The notes under the pieces are model-generated. The model ran no database searches, was not told the origin of the DNA, and saw only the letters and a program-made list of their open reading frames with translations. This document shows positions 8,134 through 18,538 of a DNA stretch of 64,000 nt, piece by piece (position 1 is the stretch's first letter; each line of letters begins with the position of its first letter). This DNA comes from Bacteroidales bacterium (GTDB taxonomy: Bacteria; Bacteroidota; Bacteroidia; Bacteroidales; P3), in NCBI GenBank assembly GCA_017960605.1, contig JAGCYV010000034.1:7192-71191 (forward strand). Direction: 5' to 3'. The position numbers and the translations under genes were made by a program.

Positions 8134-9198
8134 TCAAATTATCATTCCGGAAGCCACCACCAGATGGGCATCCTCATCGTAAATCGTGGCATATTGTCCG
8201 GCAGCGATGCCCTGGATACGGTCATCGCTGATGATTTCCACCAGCCCGTCTTCAGTGCGACGCAGCAGGCCCGGATGGAACTCGGGCGTGTGGCGTATCT
8301 TGAACTTGACCTGCTGCTCCTTGAAATCACCCCAGATATCGGCACTGAGATAGCGGAAGCCCATTAGCGTAACGCGGTGGCCGTGGGCGGCATCGGGGTC
8401 GTAACCCTGACTGACATACAACACGTTCTCCTCGATGTCCTTTCTCACCACAAACCAAGGTCCGCCACTGAGATACAATCCCTTGCGCTGCCCGATGGTA
8501 TGAAACCAATAACCTTTGTGGGTACCCAGCACCTTGCCGGTTTCCAACTCTACAATCTTGCCCTCCTTCTCGCCCAAATAACGCTTAATGAAGTCGTTGT
8601 AGTCAATCTTTCCAAGGAAGCAGATGCCCTGCGAGTCCTTGCGGTCGGCGCTGGGCAGGTGGGCGGCATGCGCAATCTCGCGCACCTCGCTCTTCATCAG
8701 CCCGCCGACAGGGAACATTAGCTTGCGTATCTGCCTGTATTCCAACTGTGACAAGAAGTCCGTCTGATCCTTTATCGGATCTTTGGCGGTGGCCAGGAAC
8801 ACCGTTCCCTCGACTTCGTCGGTGGTGGCGTAGTGACCGGTGGCGATACGGTCATAGTCCTTGCCACGACGTTCCTCGAAAGCGCCGAACTTAATCAGCT
8901 TGTTGCACATCACGTCGGGATTGGGAGTCAGACCCTTGCGTACACTCTCGATGGTGTAACTCACCACGTTGTCCCAATACTCCTTGTGTAGGTTCACCTC
9001 CTCAAAGCGACACCCGTATTTCTTTGCAATCCACTGCGTTATCTCAATATCCTCCTCGGCCGGGCAATCGATGTATCCCTCCTTATCCTCCATGCCGATA
9101 CGGATATAGAAGATGTCGGGCGTGAAGCCCTGCTCCTTGAGCAGGTGCACCACCACCGAGCTATCCACGCCTCCCGAAACAAGTGCCGCGATATTCAT
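8134..9198 (-). CDS. mnmA: tRNA 2-thiouridine(34) synthase
   Basis: 354 aa. PP-loop motif [11 protein letters not shown] and the catalytic-region motif DSQGICFLG. Confidence 0.88.
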   Translation of the reverse strand: MNIAALVSGGVDSSVVVHLLKEQGFTPDIFYIRIGMEDKEGYIDCPAEEDIEITQWIAKKYGCRFEEVNLHKEYWDNVVSYTIESVRKGLTPNPDVMCNKLIKFGAFEERRGKDYDRIATGHYATTDEVEGTVFLATAKDPIKDQTDFLSQLEYRQIRKLMFPVGGLMKSEVREIAHAAHLPSADRKDSQGICFLGKIDYNDFIKRYLGEKEGKIVELETGKVLGTHKGYWFHTIGQRKGLYLSGGPWFVVRKDIEENVLYVSQGYDPDAAHGHRVTLMGFRYLSADIWGDFKEQQVKFKIRHTPEFHPGLLRRTEDGLVEIISDDRIQGIAAGQYATIYDEDAHLVVASGMII

Positions 9199-9454
9199 TC
9201 TGCGTCCAATGCTTTCTTCAATTTTTTATTAACGCACCCTCCCTTCGTTTTATTGCACCACACTGTCGAAAAACTGGCCACACAGCATCTAAACCACTCA
9301 TAACCTCCTGATACCAAACCCCGAAGATATTGTGGTTCCATAGATACTCCATAATGACTATATAGTGACTCTTAATAATGAATGGAATTAAAAAGGTATG
9401 GATGGGTAATCAATAAGCAACCTGCACGGTATCAGCGCTTACAGAACAGCTTTC

Positions 9455-10354
9455 CTATTCTCGGCTGCCACCTTTGCGGAGGACAATGATAAAGACAGCG
9501 GCTAGGATGAGAACGATGCCGAGCAGGAGACGCAGAGAGAAGGGCTCGGAAAAGACAAAGATGCCGATGAGGACGGCCGTCAGAGGTTCGAGGGCACCGA
9601 GGATAGCCGTAGGGGTGGAACCCAGATACTTGGCGGCATAGACCATCATCACCAGGGCCATGATGGCGGGCACCACGGCAAGCCAACCCACCCAGAGCCA
9701 AGCACGCGGCGTGGGCGGCAGCATCAAGGACTGGCCGCTGAAGAGGGCAAAGGCCGCCATGCCAAGGGCACAATAAAAGAGCACAAAGAAGTTGATTTTG
9801 AAGGACGACATGGCCAGCGGCGACTTATCGACCACAATGATGTAGAGGGCATAGGTGAGGGCCGAGACCAGTACCAAAATGACCCCTACCGTACTCAAGG
9901 CACCGTCGGCATCGCCCCAATAGAGCAGAAGCACGCCCACAAGGCTGAGGAGGATGGCCGCCACAGTGGCGAAGCTGAGGCGCTCGCGGAAGAAAAGGGT
10001 CATGATGGCTGCCGTCATGACGGGATAGGTGAAAAGGATGGTGGAGGCCACGCCGGCAGGCATGAGGCGAAAACTGAGGTAGAGAGTGAGCGAGGAGAAG
10101 ATGAAGAGAATACCTAAGGCGGTGAGTGTAAAAAACTCGCGTTTGGTCACACGGAGATTCTCCTGTCGGCAAAGCGCACGGACCGTCACCACAGCGGCGA
10201 CAATCAGCCATGCCAAGCCGAAACGATAAAAGAGAACCGAGGGGGTGTTCATCCCCTCGGCGTAAAGGTTCAAGGCCCCCAACGGATTGGTGCCGTAGCA
10301 TACGGCGGCACCGATGGCGCAAAGGATGCCGATGAGTTTCTTATTCACTGGCAA
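9455..10354 (-). CDS. EamA/DMT family transporter
   Basis: 299 aa with about 10 predicted TM helices and a duplicated EamA-like architecture. Only non-ATG starts are available (TTG 10354 or GTG 10348). Confidence 0.7.
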   Translation of the reverse strand: MPVNKKLIGILCAIGAAVCYGTNPLGALNLYAEGMNTPSVLFYRFGLAWLIVAAVVTVRALCRQENLRVTKREFFTLTALGILFIFSSLTLYLSFRLMPAGVASTILFTYPVMTAAIMTLFFRERLSFATVAAILLSLVGVLLLYWGDADGALSTVGVILVLVSALTYALYIIVVDKSPLAMSSFKINFFVLFYCALGMAAFALFSGQSLMLPPTPRAWLWVGWLAVVPAIMALVMMVYAAKYLGSTPTAILGALEPLTAVLIGIFVFSEPFSLRLLLGIVLILAAVFIIVLRKGGSRE

Positions 10355-10718
10355 CAGACTCTTTCTTCACTAAGCGAATGGTATGGCAGTAACTCCAATA
10401 GCCCCACTCGTACCAGCCACTCGACCATTCGTCGCCTTCCTGATGGAATTCGGGGAAGGAAGGGTGGCTGTGGTGACTCAGGTCGGGAGCGTCATATACC
10501 TGAAGGACAACCTTCTCCTTGTCGCAAGATTTCACATAGACGGAGCATTCATTTCTTCCCCCTGATAGCGGCTTCCAATCAATCCAGTCACCATCCTTGT
10601 AGTTCGAGACAGGAAGCGACACAAACTTCTTCTCACCTCCCATCATTTCTCCTGTCACTTCGTTCTCCTTGCTGCTGTTGTCTGCGAGCAGGAACAGATA
10701 GTCACTCCACTTATCCAT
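10341..10718 (-). CDS. hypothetical protein (125 aa, Trp-rich, no signal peptide)
   Basis: Intact ORF between ftsZ and the EamA gene. Its 3' end overlaps the EamA start by 14 nt. No recognisable motif. Confidence 0.45.
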   Translation of the reverse strand: MDKWSDYLFLLADNSSKENEVTGEMMGGEKKFVSLPVSNYKDGDWIDWKPLSGGRNECSVYVKSCDKEKVVLQVYDAPDLSHHSHPSFPEFHQEGDEWSSGWYEWGYWSYCHTIRLVKKESVASE

Positions 10719-10747
10719 CAGTATTCGGTATTACTTACGGGAATAAA

Positions 10748-12403
10748 TCAGTCGGCCTGGTCGCGGAAATAGGGGTTCTGCTGCATGCGGCCGTCGGGAC
10801 GCATGGAGGAGGAGGAAGACTCGCGTACATCGGAAGCACGTCCCTCGTAGAGCATGTCGGCTGCGATGTCGGCCGTCGTCATACCCTGCACGATTTCGGC
10901 GCCGTTAGCGGAGTTGCGGAGCAGTTCATGGATGTGCTTAATGCGATCGGCCACGGTTGAGAGGTCGTTGTCGCTCTCAAAGGCGCTGCGGCGGACAGGA
11001 GCCTCAACGGTCTTGGGTTCGGGAACCACGACGGCTTCAGGCTGTATTTCATGCACCTCGGCAGGTTCCATGATATGGATGTCATCGACCAGCAGGTCGG
11101 CCTCGGCACGGCGCTCGACGAGTTTGGCCTGGGTAACCTGATGGGCATCCTCCTGGACAGGCTCGTCATCCTCCAGGTAGAGGATACGTTTCTCGCCGGA
11201 CACAGCCTCGGCAGCCTGGGCTGCGGTGAGGACCGGCTGCTCGAAAGCCAGGAAGGAGTCGGCTCGTTCGGTATTGACAGGAGCATCGCGATGGATGAGT
11301 TCCATCCCCTCATCGTCGGTGGCATCAACGGGGGCGGGCTTGGGATCCTCCTTAGGACTGTCTGAAGGAAGCACAAAGGTCTTGGGCTCCTCGGGGGTGA
11401 ACTTCGAATTCTCGAAACCAGTAGCAATGAGAATCACCTTCAATTCATCGCCGAGACTCTCGTCGGGACCGGCGCCCCAGATGATGTCGGCGGTGCCGTT
11501 GGTGCGCTCGAGGACAAAGTCGGTGATTTCGGCCTGCTCATCCATGGTCATCTCATGCTCTGTGGAGTAGGTGAAGTAAAGCAGCACATTCTTGGCTCCG
11601 GAAATATCACTGTTGTCAAGGAGCACACTGGTGGTGGCAGCCTCGATGGCATCGTGGGCGCGATTCTCGCCACGGCCACTACCGGTACCCATGAGAGCGG
11701 TGCCGCTGTGCTCCATGACGGTGTTCACATCCTGGAAGTCACGATTGACATAGGCGCTTTCAGTGATAATCTCGGCGATACCCTTGGCGGCAGTGAGCAG
11801 CACATCGTCGGCCATACCGAAAGCCTCGGAAATACGCATATTGCCGAAGGAGCGGAGCTTGTCATTATTGATAACGATAATGGAATCGACATGCTTGCGG
11901 AGCTCCTCAATGCCAGCCTCGGCCTGCTCGCGACGGCGCTTACCCTCGAAACTGAAGGGGCGGGTAACGATAGCCACAACAAGGATTTTCTTGTTCTCGT
12001 CGTTGTCGAGGTCAATACTCTTGGCAATCTCGGCGATAACAGGAGCAGCCCCAGTGCCGGTACCGCCACCCATACCGGCGGTGATGAAGAGCATCTGAGT
12101 GTTATGGCTCAGCGTCTCGCGGATATCGTCGGCCTTGGCCATGGCAGCTTGACGGGCACGCTCGGGTTTGTTACCTGCACCGAGCCCGAGGTCTCCCAGC
12201 GGGATTTTGTTGGGTACAGGGCTCGAATTGAGGGCCTTCATATCAGTGTTACACACGATGAAATCGACCCCTTCGATGCCTTTGTCAAACATGTGATTCA
12301 CAGCGTTGCCGCCACCGCCGCCAACACCGATGACTTTGATGTAGGACGACTGACCTTTGGGGGAATCAAAGGTAAAAAAAGTGGAGTTTGTGCTTTCTTC
12401 CAT
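10748..12403 (-). CDS. ftsZ: cell division protein FtsZ (long C-terminal linker)
   Basis: 551 aa. Tubulin signature GGGTGTGAAP. A linker of about 200 aa rich in acidic and Pro residues precedes a conserved C-terminal peptide (NPYFRDQAD). Confidence 0.95.
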   Translation of the reverse strand: MEESTNSTFFTFDSPKGQSSYIKVIGVGGGGGNAVNHMFDKGIEGVDFIVCNTDMKALNSSPVPNKIPLGDLGLGAGNKPERARQAAMAKADDIRETLSHNTQMLFITAGMGGGTGTGAAPVIAEIAKSIDLDNDENKKILVVAIVTRPFSFEGKRRREQAEAGIEELRKHVDSIIVINNDKLRSFGNMRISEAFGMADDVLLTAAKGIAEIITESAYVNRDFQDVNTVMEHSGTALMGTGSGRGENRAHDAIEAATTSVLLDNSDISGAKNVLLYFTYSTEHEMTMDEQAEITDFVLERTNGTADIIWGAGPDESLGDELKVILIATGFENSKFTPEEPKTFVLPSDSPKEDPKPAPVDATDDEGMELIHRDAPVNTERADSFLAFEQPVLTAAQAAEAVSGEKRILYLEDDEPVQEDAHQVTQAKLVERRAEADLLVDDIHIMEPAEVHEIQPEAVVVPEPKTVEAPVRRSAFESDNDLSTVADRIKHIHELLRNSANGAEIVQGMTTADIAADMLYEGRASDVRESSSSSMRPDGRMQQNPYFRDQAD

Positions 12404-12566
12404 TGTGCCTGTATGTTTCTATCTTGCTGATAAAGATACCGTTAAACAATAATTTTCACTCTATTTGGTTTTGTAAAAATACTAATTTATCCGCGGACGC
12501 AAGCAAGTGTTACTCATTAGTTTTCAACCAGTTTTCAACATCGGTTCGAAGGACTGCATCAAACCG

Positions 12567-13952
12567 CTATTCGATGTCCTCGTTGAACACCCGGTTAAAG
12601 AAGCGCGACACCGCATTCCCGAAAGCGTCGTCCTTGGCTTTCTTGTCGGCTTTCTTCGCGGGAACCACCTCAGATTCAACCTTTTGTTCGGTTGCAGGGG
12701 GAAACTTATCCATATCGGCGAAGATATCCACATGGTCGCCTTTGCTACCATTGGCAACCTCTTCCTCCACATCCTCGTCGGCCGGACGCTCGGATTGTTC
12801 GAAGCCGTAGAGTACCAGACCAATGCCGGTAGCATACATGGGGTGCATCAACTCGGTATAATTGACGCTGTCAGGTTCAAGATGCTCATTGGGGATACCA
12901 ATACGGGTGTCGGTAGCGGTGATGAGCGCACTGAGTTCCTTGATATGCTTTAACTGGGCGCCGCCGCCGGTGAGCACAACTCCGGCAATGAGCTTCTTGG
13001 CGTAACCCGAAAGTTTGATTTCGTAATCCACCTGTTCAAGAATCATCTTGGCACGGGCGTTGATAATGCCGGCCAGGGTCTTGACATAAATCTCACGCGG
13101 AGCCTGGCTACGGATACCGGGAATGGCGATGACGTCATTCTCGGAAACTGCCTGCACCAGACACGATCCGAACTTCACTTTGAGGCTCTCGGCCTGTTTC
13201 TTGAGGATATTGCACCCCTCGCGAATATCGTTGGTAATGGCGTTGCCGGCCAAGGGAAGCACGGAAGTATGGCGGATGATGCCGTCGTAGAAGATGGCGA
13301 TGTCGGTGGTACCGCCGCCGATATCGACCATTGCCACGCCGGCGTCGCGGTCGCTGTCGTCCAGCACTGCCTTGGAGGAGGCCACGGGCTCGAGTACCAC
13401 GCCGGCAATCTTGAGACCTGCACGCTCAACGGCGAGCTTGATGTACTGGAGGTTCTGTACATTGCCAGTGACCATATGGAAGTCGGCCATCAGCACCTTG
13501 CCAGCCACACCCACAGGAGGTACGTCACGGCTAAGAGGCTCGCGATCGACATAGAACAACTGCGGGAAGATATGGATAATCTCCTCGCCAGGCTCGAGCA
13601 TGGTGTTGTACTGGTCGTGAATCAGACGATCCACATCCTCCTGCTCGATAAGTTCATGCTCGGGCGGAATCATCACACTGCCTTGGCTGGGACGGGACTT
13701 GATGTGCTGTCCGGCAATACCCACCCACACCTCGTCGATATCGACGTTGGCCTGTTCCGACGCCTCATCGACAGCCCTGCGGATGGCCTCGGAGGTGTCC
13801 TTGATGTTTTTCACCACCCCATGCTCCACGCCCGAAGAATCGGTCTTACCGAAGCCGAGGATTTTTACTCTGTCATTCTCGCCACGGATACCCACGAAGC
13901 AAGCGATCTTCGTCGTTCCGATGTCAAGTCCTACGATAATTTCAGTTGCCAT
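12567..13952 (-). CDS. ftsA: cell division protein FtsA
   Basis: 461 aa. Actin-like ATPase motifs (GLDIGTTKI, VDIGGGTTD) and a C-terminal amphipathic segment. Confidence 0.93.
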   Translation of the reverse strand: MATEIIVGLDIGTTKIACFVGIRGENDRVKILGFGKTDSSGVEHGVVKNIKDTSEAIRRAVDEASEQANVDIDEVWVGIAGQHIKSRPSQGSVMIPPEHELIEQEDVDRLIHDQYNTMLEPGEEIIHIFPQLFYVDREPLSRDVPPVGVAGKVLMADFHMVTGNVQNLQYIKLAVERAGLKIAGVVLEPVASSKAVLDDSDRDAGVAMVDIGGGTTDIAIFYDGIIRHTSVLPLAGNAITNDIREGCNILKKQAESLKVKFGSCLVQAVSENDVIAIPGIRSQAPREIYVKTLAGIINARAKMILEQVDYEIKLSGYAKKLIAGVVLTGGGAQLKHIKELSALITATDTRIGIPNEHLEPDSVNYTELMHPMYATGIGLVLYGFEQSERPADEDVEEEVANGSKGDHVDIFADMDKFPPATEQKVESEVVPAKKADKKAKDDAFGNAVSRFFNRVFNEDIE

Positions 13953-13968
13953 AATGTATCAGTTTTTG

Positions 13969-14721
13969 TTATTTCGTTTCATTCTTGGTACAGACTACCT
14001 GATTGTGGTATTTGAGGCTGATGCGGGAGTAGGTGTCCCATCCGGCCCGTGGCATACCTTTTCGATAGAAAGTCAGCAGGTTGGAGAACTTCTCGTCGAG
14101 GTTCTCCACATGGCCCAGTTCCACCACATGGTTACCCAACTTAGGCACCATCATCACGTCTCGGTCACTCTCAATGAATATTTGGTCAATCAGACATCCA
14201 TATTTCTCCTCTCTGTCGAGGAAAGAGGCCAACTGCAGCAGGTCAATCATCTGAGCGTTCAGGCTGTCGGGGCGCAGCGGTTCCGTGAAGTCACCGCCTG
14301 CCACCAACACATTGCAACTTCCTGTGGCCGGCATCAAAGATCCTTCTGCATCGAAATAAAGCTCCTTGGCATTGTAGTAAAGCCGCGCAATGGGTCGGCG
14401 CTGACGGGCCCGTACCACCACCTTGCCGCTGACGCTCATGGAAGCCTGCACATCCTTCAGATAAGGTACCCTCGCGGCAGCCTCGGCCACCTCCTGACGG
14501 TCAACCCGACCCACCTGCTGCTGCATCAAGGCAGGAATGGCAGTCAGAATGCTGTCGCGCACCGTCTGTCCATTGACAAGCTCGGGCACACGGCCATAGC
14601 GGATATTCACCTCAATGCCACGCACCGTGGCCCGCGAGCGAGTAACATTGGCCACCACCACAAGCACCGCCAGTGCGACAGCACCCAGAAGGATGATCAG
14701 TATTTTGACAGGTCGTTTCAT
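13969..14721 (-). CDS. ftsQ: cell division protein FtsQ
   Basis: 250 aa with a single N-terminal TM helix (ILIILLGAVALAVLVVVA). It sits between murC and ftsA, and its ATG overlaps the murC stop (ATGA). Confidence 0.75.
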   Translation of the reverse strand: MKRPVKILIILLGAVALAVLVVVANVTRSRATVRGIEVNIRYGRVPELVNGQTVRDSILTAIPALMQQQVGRVDRQEVAEAAARVPYLKDVQASMSVSGKVVVRARQRRPIARLYYNAKELYFDAEGSLMPATGSCNVLVAGGDFTEPLRPDSLNAQMIDLLQLASFLDREEKYGCLIDQIFIESDRDVMMVPKLGNHVVELGHVENLDEKFSNLLTFYRKGMPRAGWDTYSRISLKYHNQVVCTKNETK

Positions 14722-16127
14722 AGCACTTGTTCTCTTAACACATTCTCCAACCGCGGCACCAGCCGGTCAATATCGCCGGCACCGAGGGTAACCACCACAT
14801 CCGGACACAGGGCGGGCACCAGTTCGAGCACCTGGTCGGGGGTGCAAAGGTACTTCGACATGCCCGGCACCTTACGCAACACCATACTCGAAGTCACCCC
14901 GGCAATAGGTTTCTCCCGAGCAGGATAGATGGGCATCATCACAAGTTCATCGAGAGTACCCAGCACCTCGGCAAATCCGTCGGCTAGATCGCGTGTGCGG
15001 GTGTAGAGGTGCGGCTGGAAAATACCCACCACCCGTTTGCCGGGATAGAGGTAACGGATAGACTCCAGCGTGGAACGTATCTCCTGTGGATGGTGCGCGT
15101 AATCGTCGATATAGACCAACTCCTTCTCGCGAATACGGTAATCGAAACGACGACGCACTCCCGTAAAACTTTTCAGGCCGCTGCGCAACTGGTACTGATC
15201 CAGGCCGCAACTGAGCGCCACCGCCGAAGCCACCACGGCGTTCTCGACATTGTAGAGCGCCGTGCCGTCGAGTTCAAGATCGAAGAACACACCGTCGGGC
15301 GTGCGCAGGTCAAAGAAGAGGTTGCCGTTGTAAGTGCGCACGTTGATGGCATAGTAATCAGCCTCGATGCCATGGGCGGTATAGGTGGAGTATTGGGCAT
15401 TCAGCGTTAAGTGTTTAGTCTCCCCATGATGGTGGTGCTCATGGCCGTATTCGACAAACTCCTCGCCGTCGAGGGTACGGAAGATACCCTCCTTCAGGAA
15501 CAGGTGCCCGTCGGGGTCGGTCTGGTTAGCAAACTGGAGATAGGCCTCCATCATGTGCTCGTGGTCGCCATAGATGTCCAAGTGGTCGGGGTCTGTGGCG
15601 GTGATGACAGTCATGTGGGGATGCAGTTGCAGGAAGGAACGGTCGTACTCATCGGCCTCCACCACCATATATTCACTCTTGTGGTCGATATGCAGGTTGC
15701 TTCCGAAGTTCTTGCTGATGCCGCCCAGAAAGGCCGAACACCCGCACGGAGCCTTGCTCAGCAGGTGGGAGATCATGGCGGAGGTTGTGGTCTTGCCGTG
15801 CGTACCTGCCACTGCAATGCATTTCTTACCATGGGTCAGCTCGCCGAGTACCTGCGAACGCTTCTCCATCTTCACACCTCGCTTTTTCAGCTCCTGAAAC
15901 TCATTCAACTCTTGAGGCACAGCAGGAGTATAGACCACCAGGTCGATGCCATCGGGCAGCAAGTCGGGGCGATCCTCGTAGTGGATACCGATGCCTTCGG
16001 CCTCGAGTTCAGCCGTAAGGGGCGACGGCGTTCGGTCGTAGCCGCTCACCGTGTCGCCACGCTGGTGGAAGAAGCGCGCCAAAGCGCTCATGCCGATGCC
16101 TCCTATGCCGAGAAAGTAATATCTCAT
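14718..16127 (-). CDS. murC: UDP-N-acetylmuramate--L-alanine ligase
   Basis: 469 aa. FLGIGGIGMSALA N-terminus and the Mur ligase P-loop GTHGKTTT. Confidence 0.93.
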   Translation of the reverse strand: MRYYFLGIGGIGMSALARFFHQRGDTVSGYDRTPSPLTAELEAEGIGIHYEDRPDLLPDGIDLVVYTPAVPQELNEFQELKKRGVKMEKRSQVLGELTHGKKCIAVAGTHGKTTTSAMISHLLSKAPCGCSAFLGGISKNFGSNLHIDHKSEYMVVEADEYDRSFLQLHPHMTVITATDPDHLDIYGDHEHMMEAYLQFANQTDPDGHLFLKEGIFRTLDGEEFVEYGHEHHHHGETKHLTLNAQYSTYTAHGIEADYYAINVRTYNGNLFFDLRTPDGVFFDLELDGTALYNVENAVVASAVALSCGLDQYQLRSGLKSFTGVRRRFDYRIREKELVYIDDYAHHPQEIRSTLESIRYLYPGKRVVGIFQPHLYTRTRDLADGFAEVLGTLDELVMMPIYPAREKPIAGVTSSMVLRKVPGMSKYLCTPDQVLELVPALCPDVVVTLGAGDIDRLVPRLENVLREQVL

Positions 16128-17230
16128 TTCACAAGTCTCTCTATCTGATCCACAATCTTGTCGGCCGCTCCGCGCACAGCCAGTTTCTGTATGGCGGTGC
16201 TCATGGCCTCGCGACGGCTGCTGTCATCGAACAGTTCCTGCACACGCGGCAAGCACTGGTTGTCACAATCCACGTCGCGCACCATCAACGCGGCTCCCTT
16301 ATCTACCAGGGCCAAAGCGTTCTTGGTCTGATGATCCTCGGCCACATTGGGCGACGGCACCAGTACCACAGGCTTGCCCACCAGGCACAACTCGCTGATG
16401 GCGATGGCACCTGCACGCGAAATCACCACGTCGGCAGCGGCATAGGCCATGTCCATACGCGAGATGAACTGGTGCACCTTCACCCACTCGCCCACTCCAG
16501 CGTTCTCGACGGCACGCACCGCCTCGTCGTACATCCAACGGCCCGTCTGCCACAATATCTGAATCCGCTTCTCGCGAAAGTAGTGCAAATGGTTCAACAC
16601 CATCTGATTGATGGTACGTGCACCCAGACTGCCACCCACCGATAGCAGCACCCTGCCCTCGGGGTTCAGTCCGAAATGGGCACGCCCCTCGGCCGTGGTA
16701 ATGTTCATGTTCTCGATGTCGGCCCGCACTGGGTTGCCGGTAAACACGATACGTTCGGCGGGGAAGAAGCGGTCCATGCCGTCGTAGGCCACACAGATGG
16801 TCTTGGCATCCTTGGCTAGCACCTTGTTGGTCAGGCCGGCATAGGAGTTCTGCTCCTGCAACAAGGTCGTGAAACCCATGTCGGCGGCGGCCTTGAGGGT
16901 AGGTTCGCTGGCGAAACCGCCCACACCCACCACGATGTCGGGTTGGAAGTCACGCAGTATCTGCTTCACCATGCGGCGGCTCTTCAGTATGCGGAAGGGC
17001 AGCTGCAGGTTTTTGACGATATTCGCCGGCGTCAGCTTGCGCTGCAAGCCTGCAATCGGCAGACCCTTGATGGGATAGCCCGCCGCAGGCACCTTTTCCA
17101 TCTCCATACGTCCTTCAGCACCGACAAACAATATGTCGGCATCGGGCCAACGTTTCTTCACGGCATTGGCGATTGCCACCGCCGGGAATATGTGACCACC
17201 TGATCCTCCGCCACTTATAATCGCTTTCAT
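16124..17230 (-). CDS. murG: undecaprenyldiphospho-muramoylpentapeptide beta-N-acetylglucosaminyltransferase
   Basis: 368 aa with the GGSGGHIFPA motif. In the expected dcw position. Confidence 0.93.
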   Translation of the reverse strand: MKAIISGGGSGGHIFPAVAIANAVKKRWPDADILFVGAEGRMEMEKVPAAGYPIKGLPIAGLQRKLTPANIVKNLQLPFRILKSRRMVKQILRDFQPDIVVGVGGFASEPTLKAAADMGFTTLLQEQNSYAGLTNKVLAKDAKTICVAYDGMDRFFPAERIVFTGNPVRADIENMNITTAEGRAHFGLNPEGRVLLSVGGSLGARTINQMVLNHLHYFREKRIQILWQTGRWMYDEAVRAVENAGVGEWVKVHQFISRMDMAYAAADVVISRAGAIAISELCLVGKPVVLVPSPNVAEDHQTKNALALVDKGAALMVRDVDCDNQCLPRVQELFDDSSRREAMSTAIQKLAVRGAADKIVDQIERLVK

Positions 17231-17300
17231 ATCTTGTTTTGTTATATCTTTTGTAATATCGGTTCCTTTCTTATCTATCCATCAACCCCTTGTCCATAAT

Positions 17301-17355
17301 TCCTTCGTTTCACCTCCGTCTCACCTCCGTTGACCGACGGAGGTGAGACGGTGGG
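17301..17355. repeat. palindromic element built from CACCTCCGTCT-like 11-mers (REP-like), copy 1
   Basis: CCGTCTCACCTCCGT ... ACGGAGGTGAGACGG forms a perfect 15-bp stem with a 6-nt loop. It lies between the ftsW stop (17357) and the murG start (17230). About 24 nt are identical to the element at 31750-31855. Confidence 0.9.
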
Positions 17356-17356
17356 A

Positions 17357-18538
17357 TTACGTTGTTGTATCAGAGGGGGTGTCTTGTATCTGCTTGGCTT
17401 CCGCCTCCTTATTATACACGTCGGCCGCAACCGACTGAATGATACCCAATCCGCACCCCATGAAGAGATAGGCCGTACCTCCATAGGAGATGAAAGGCAG
17501 CGTCTGTCCCGTGACAGGCAGCACACCCACGGCAACGCACATATTCACAAGGGCTTGGAGATAAATCACCGTACCGAGACCCGCCACCGTCAAGGCCCCG
17601 AAGCGGCCCTTGCAGCGCCAGGCCAGACGGACACAGCGGAAGTAGAGGATGCCATAGAGGGCAAAGACGATGATGCCGCCCAACATGCCTGTTTCCTCGA
17701 TGATGACAGCATAGATGAAGTCGTTATGCGCCTGCGTCATCAGACGGGCGTGAACCGTGTTTCCAATGCCAGTTCCTAACACACCACCACGGGCGATGGC
17801 CATGCGAGACATATTCTCCTGCGTCAGTTCGTCGGGGTTGGGGTTAATCCACGAATAGACACGGTGGCCCCAAGTGTCTTGACGCTCGAACATCTGCTCT
17901 TGAGTCTGGCCGGTGGTCAGCGTGCGCTCATAGCGGAAGTAGTTGATAGCCAAAAATGCCACTACTGCTACCAAGCCTATCAGCAGCAGACGCCACCACC
18001 ACTTGCGGTTCACGCCACCGAAATACATCATCACATAGCAGGCCAGGAATATCAATGCGGCGGTGGAGAAGTTGGTCGGGAACACCAGCGCCACCACCAG
18101 CACCATGTATATCATCAGTTGCAGGAAGGTCCCTATCTCGTTCAGATGGTCTTTCTTCAATGCCAACATGCGAGCGATGAACACTATCAAGACTATCTTG
18201 GCAATCTCGGAGGGCTGGAACTGGCCGATGACAGGAATCCTGATCCAGCGGCCGAACGCCAACGCCACCACCAGCAATACCAGAGCCACCCAATAACCCA
18301 GCAAGGCAAACCGCGAGAAGAACCTGTAATTGACCCTCGATAGGAGGATGACGGCCACATAGGTGACCACCACAATGATAAGATGGCGTAGGAAGAGCGA
18401 TGTGGGGGTCTTGGTGGAGAAGAAGGAATAGGCATATAGCCCTATGGAGCTATAGACTTCAACCAACGAGAAGATGCTGAGCAGCAGAAACACCACCCAG
18501 ATTACCTTATCTCCCCTGAACAACCTTCCCGTTTTCAT
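17357..18538 (-). CDS. ftsW: FtsW/RodA/SpoVE family peptidoglycan glycosyltransferase
   Basis: 393 aa, polytopic membrane protein, in the expected dcw position. Its ATG overlaps the stop of the upstream ORF (ATGA). Confidence 0.88.
   Translation of the reverse strand: MKTGRLFRGDKVIWVVFLLLSIFSLVEVYSSIGLYAYSFFSTKTPTSLFLRHLIIVVVTYVAVILLSRVNYRFFSRFALLGYWVALVLLVVALAFGRWIRIPVIGQFQPSEIAKIVLIVFIARMLALKKDHLNEIGTFLQLMIYMVLVVALVFPTNFSTAALIFLACYVMMYFGGVNRKWWWRLLLIGLVAVVAFLAINYFRYERTLTTGQTQEQMFERQDTWGHRVYSWINPNPDELTQENMSRMAIARGGVLGTGIGNTVHARLMTQAHNDFIYAVIIEETGMLGGIIVFALYGILYFRCVRLAWRCKGRFGALTVAGLGTVIYLQALVNMCVAVGVLPVTGQTLPFISYGGTAYLFMGCGLGIIQSVAADVYNKEAEAKQIQDTPSDTTT

Noticed and set aside
10748-12403. 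Unusually long FtsZ (551 aa) as a fusion
   Set aside because: The extra length is a low-complexity acidic and Pro-rich linker between the GTPase core and the conserved C-terminal peptide. Variable linkers are normal for FtsZ, and no additional domain is visible.
17275-17535. 86-aa minus-strand ORF crossing the ftsW 3' end and the palindromic element
   Set aside because: It reads through the REP-like hairpin and overlaps ftsW out of frame. It has no coding features.
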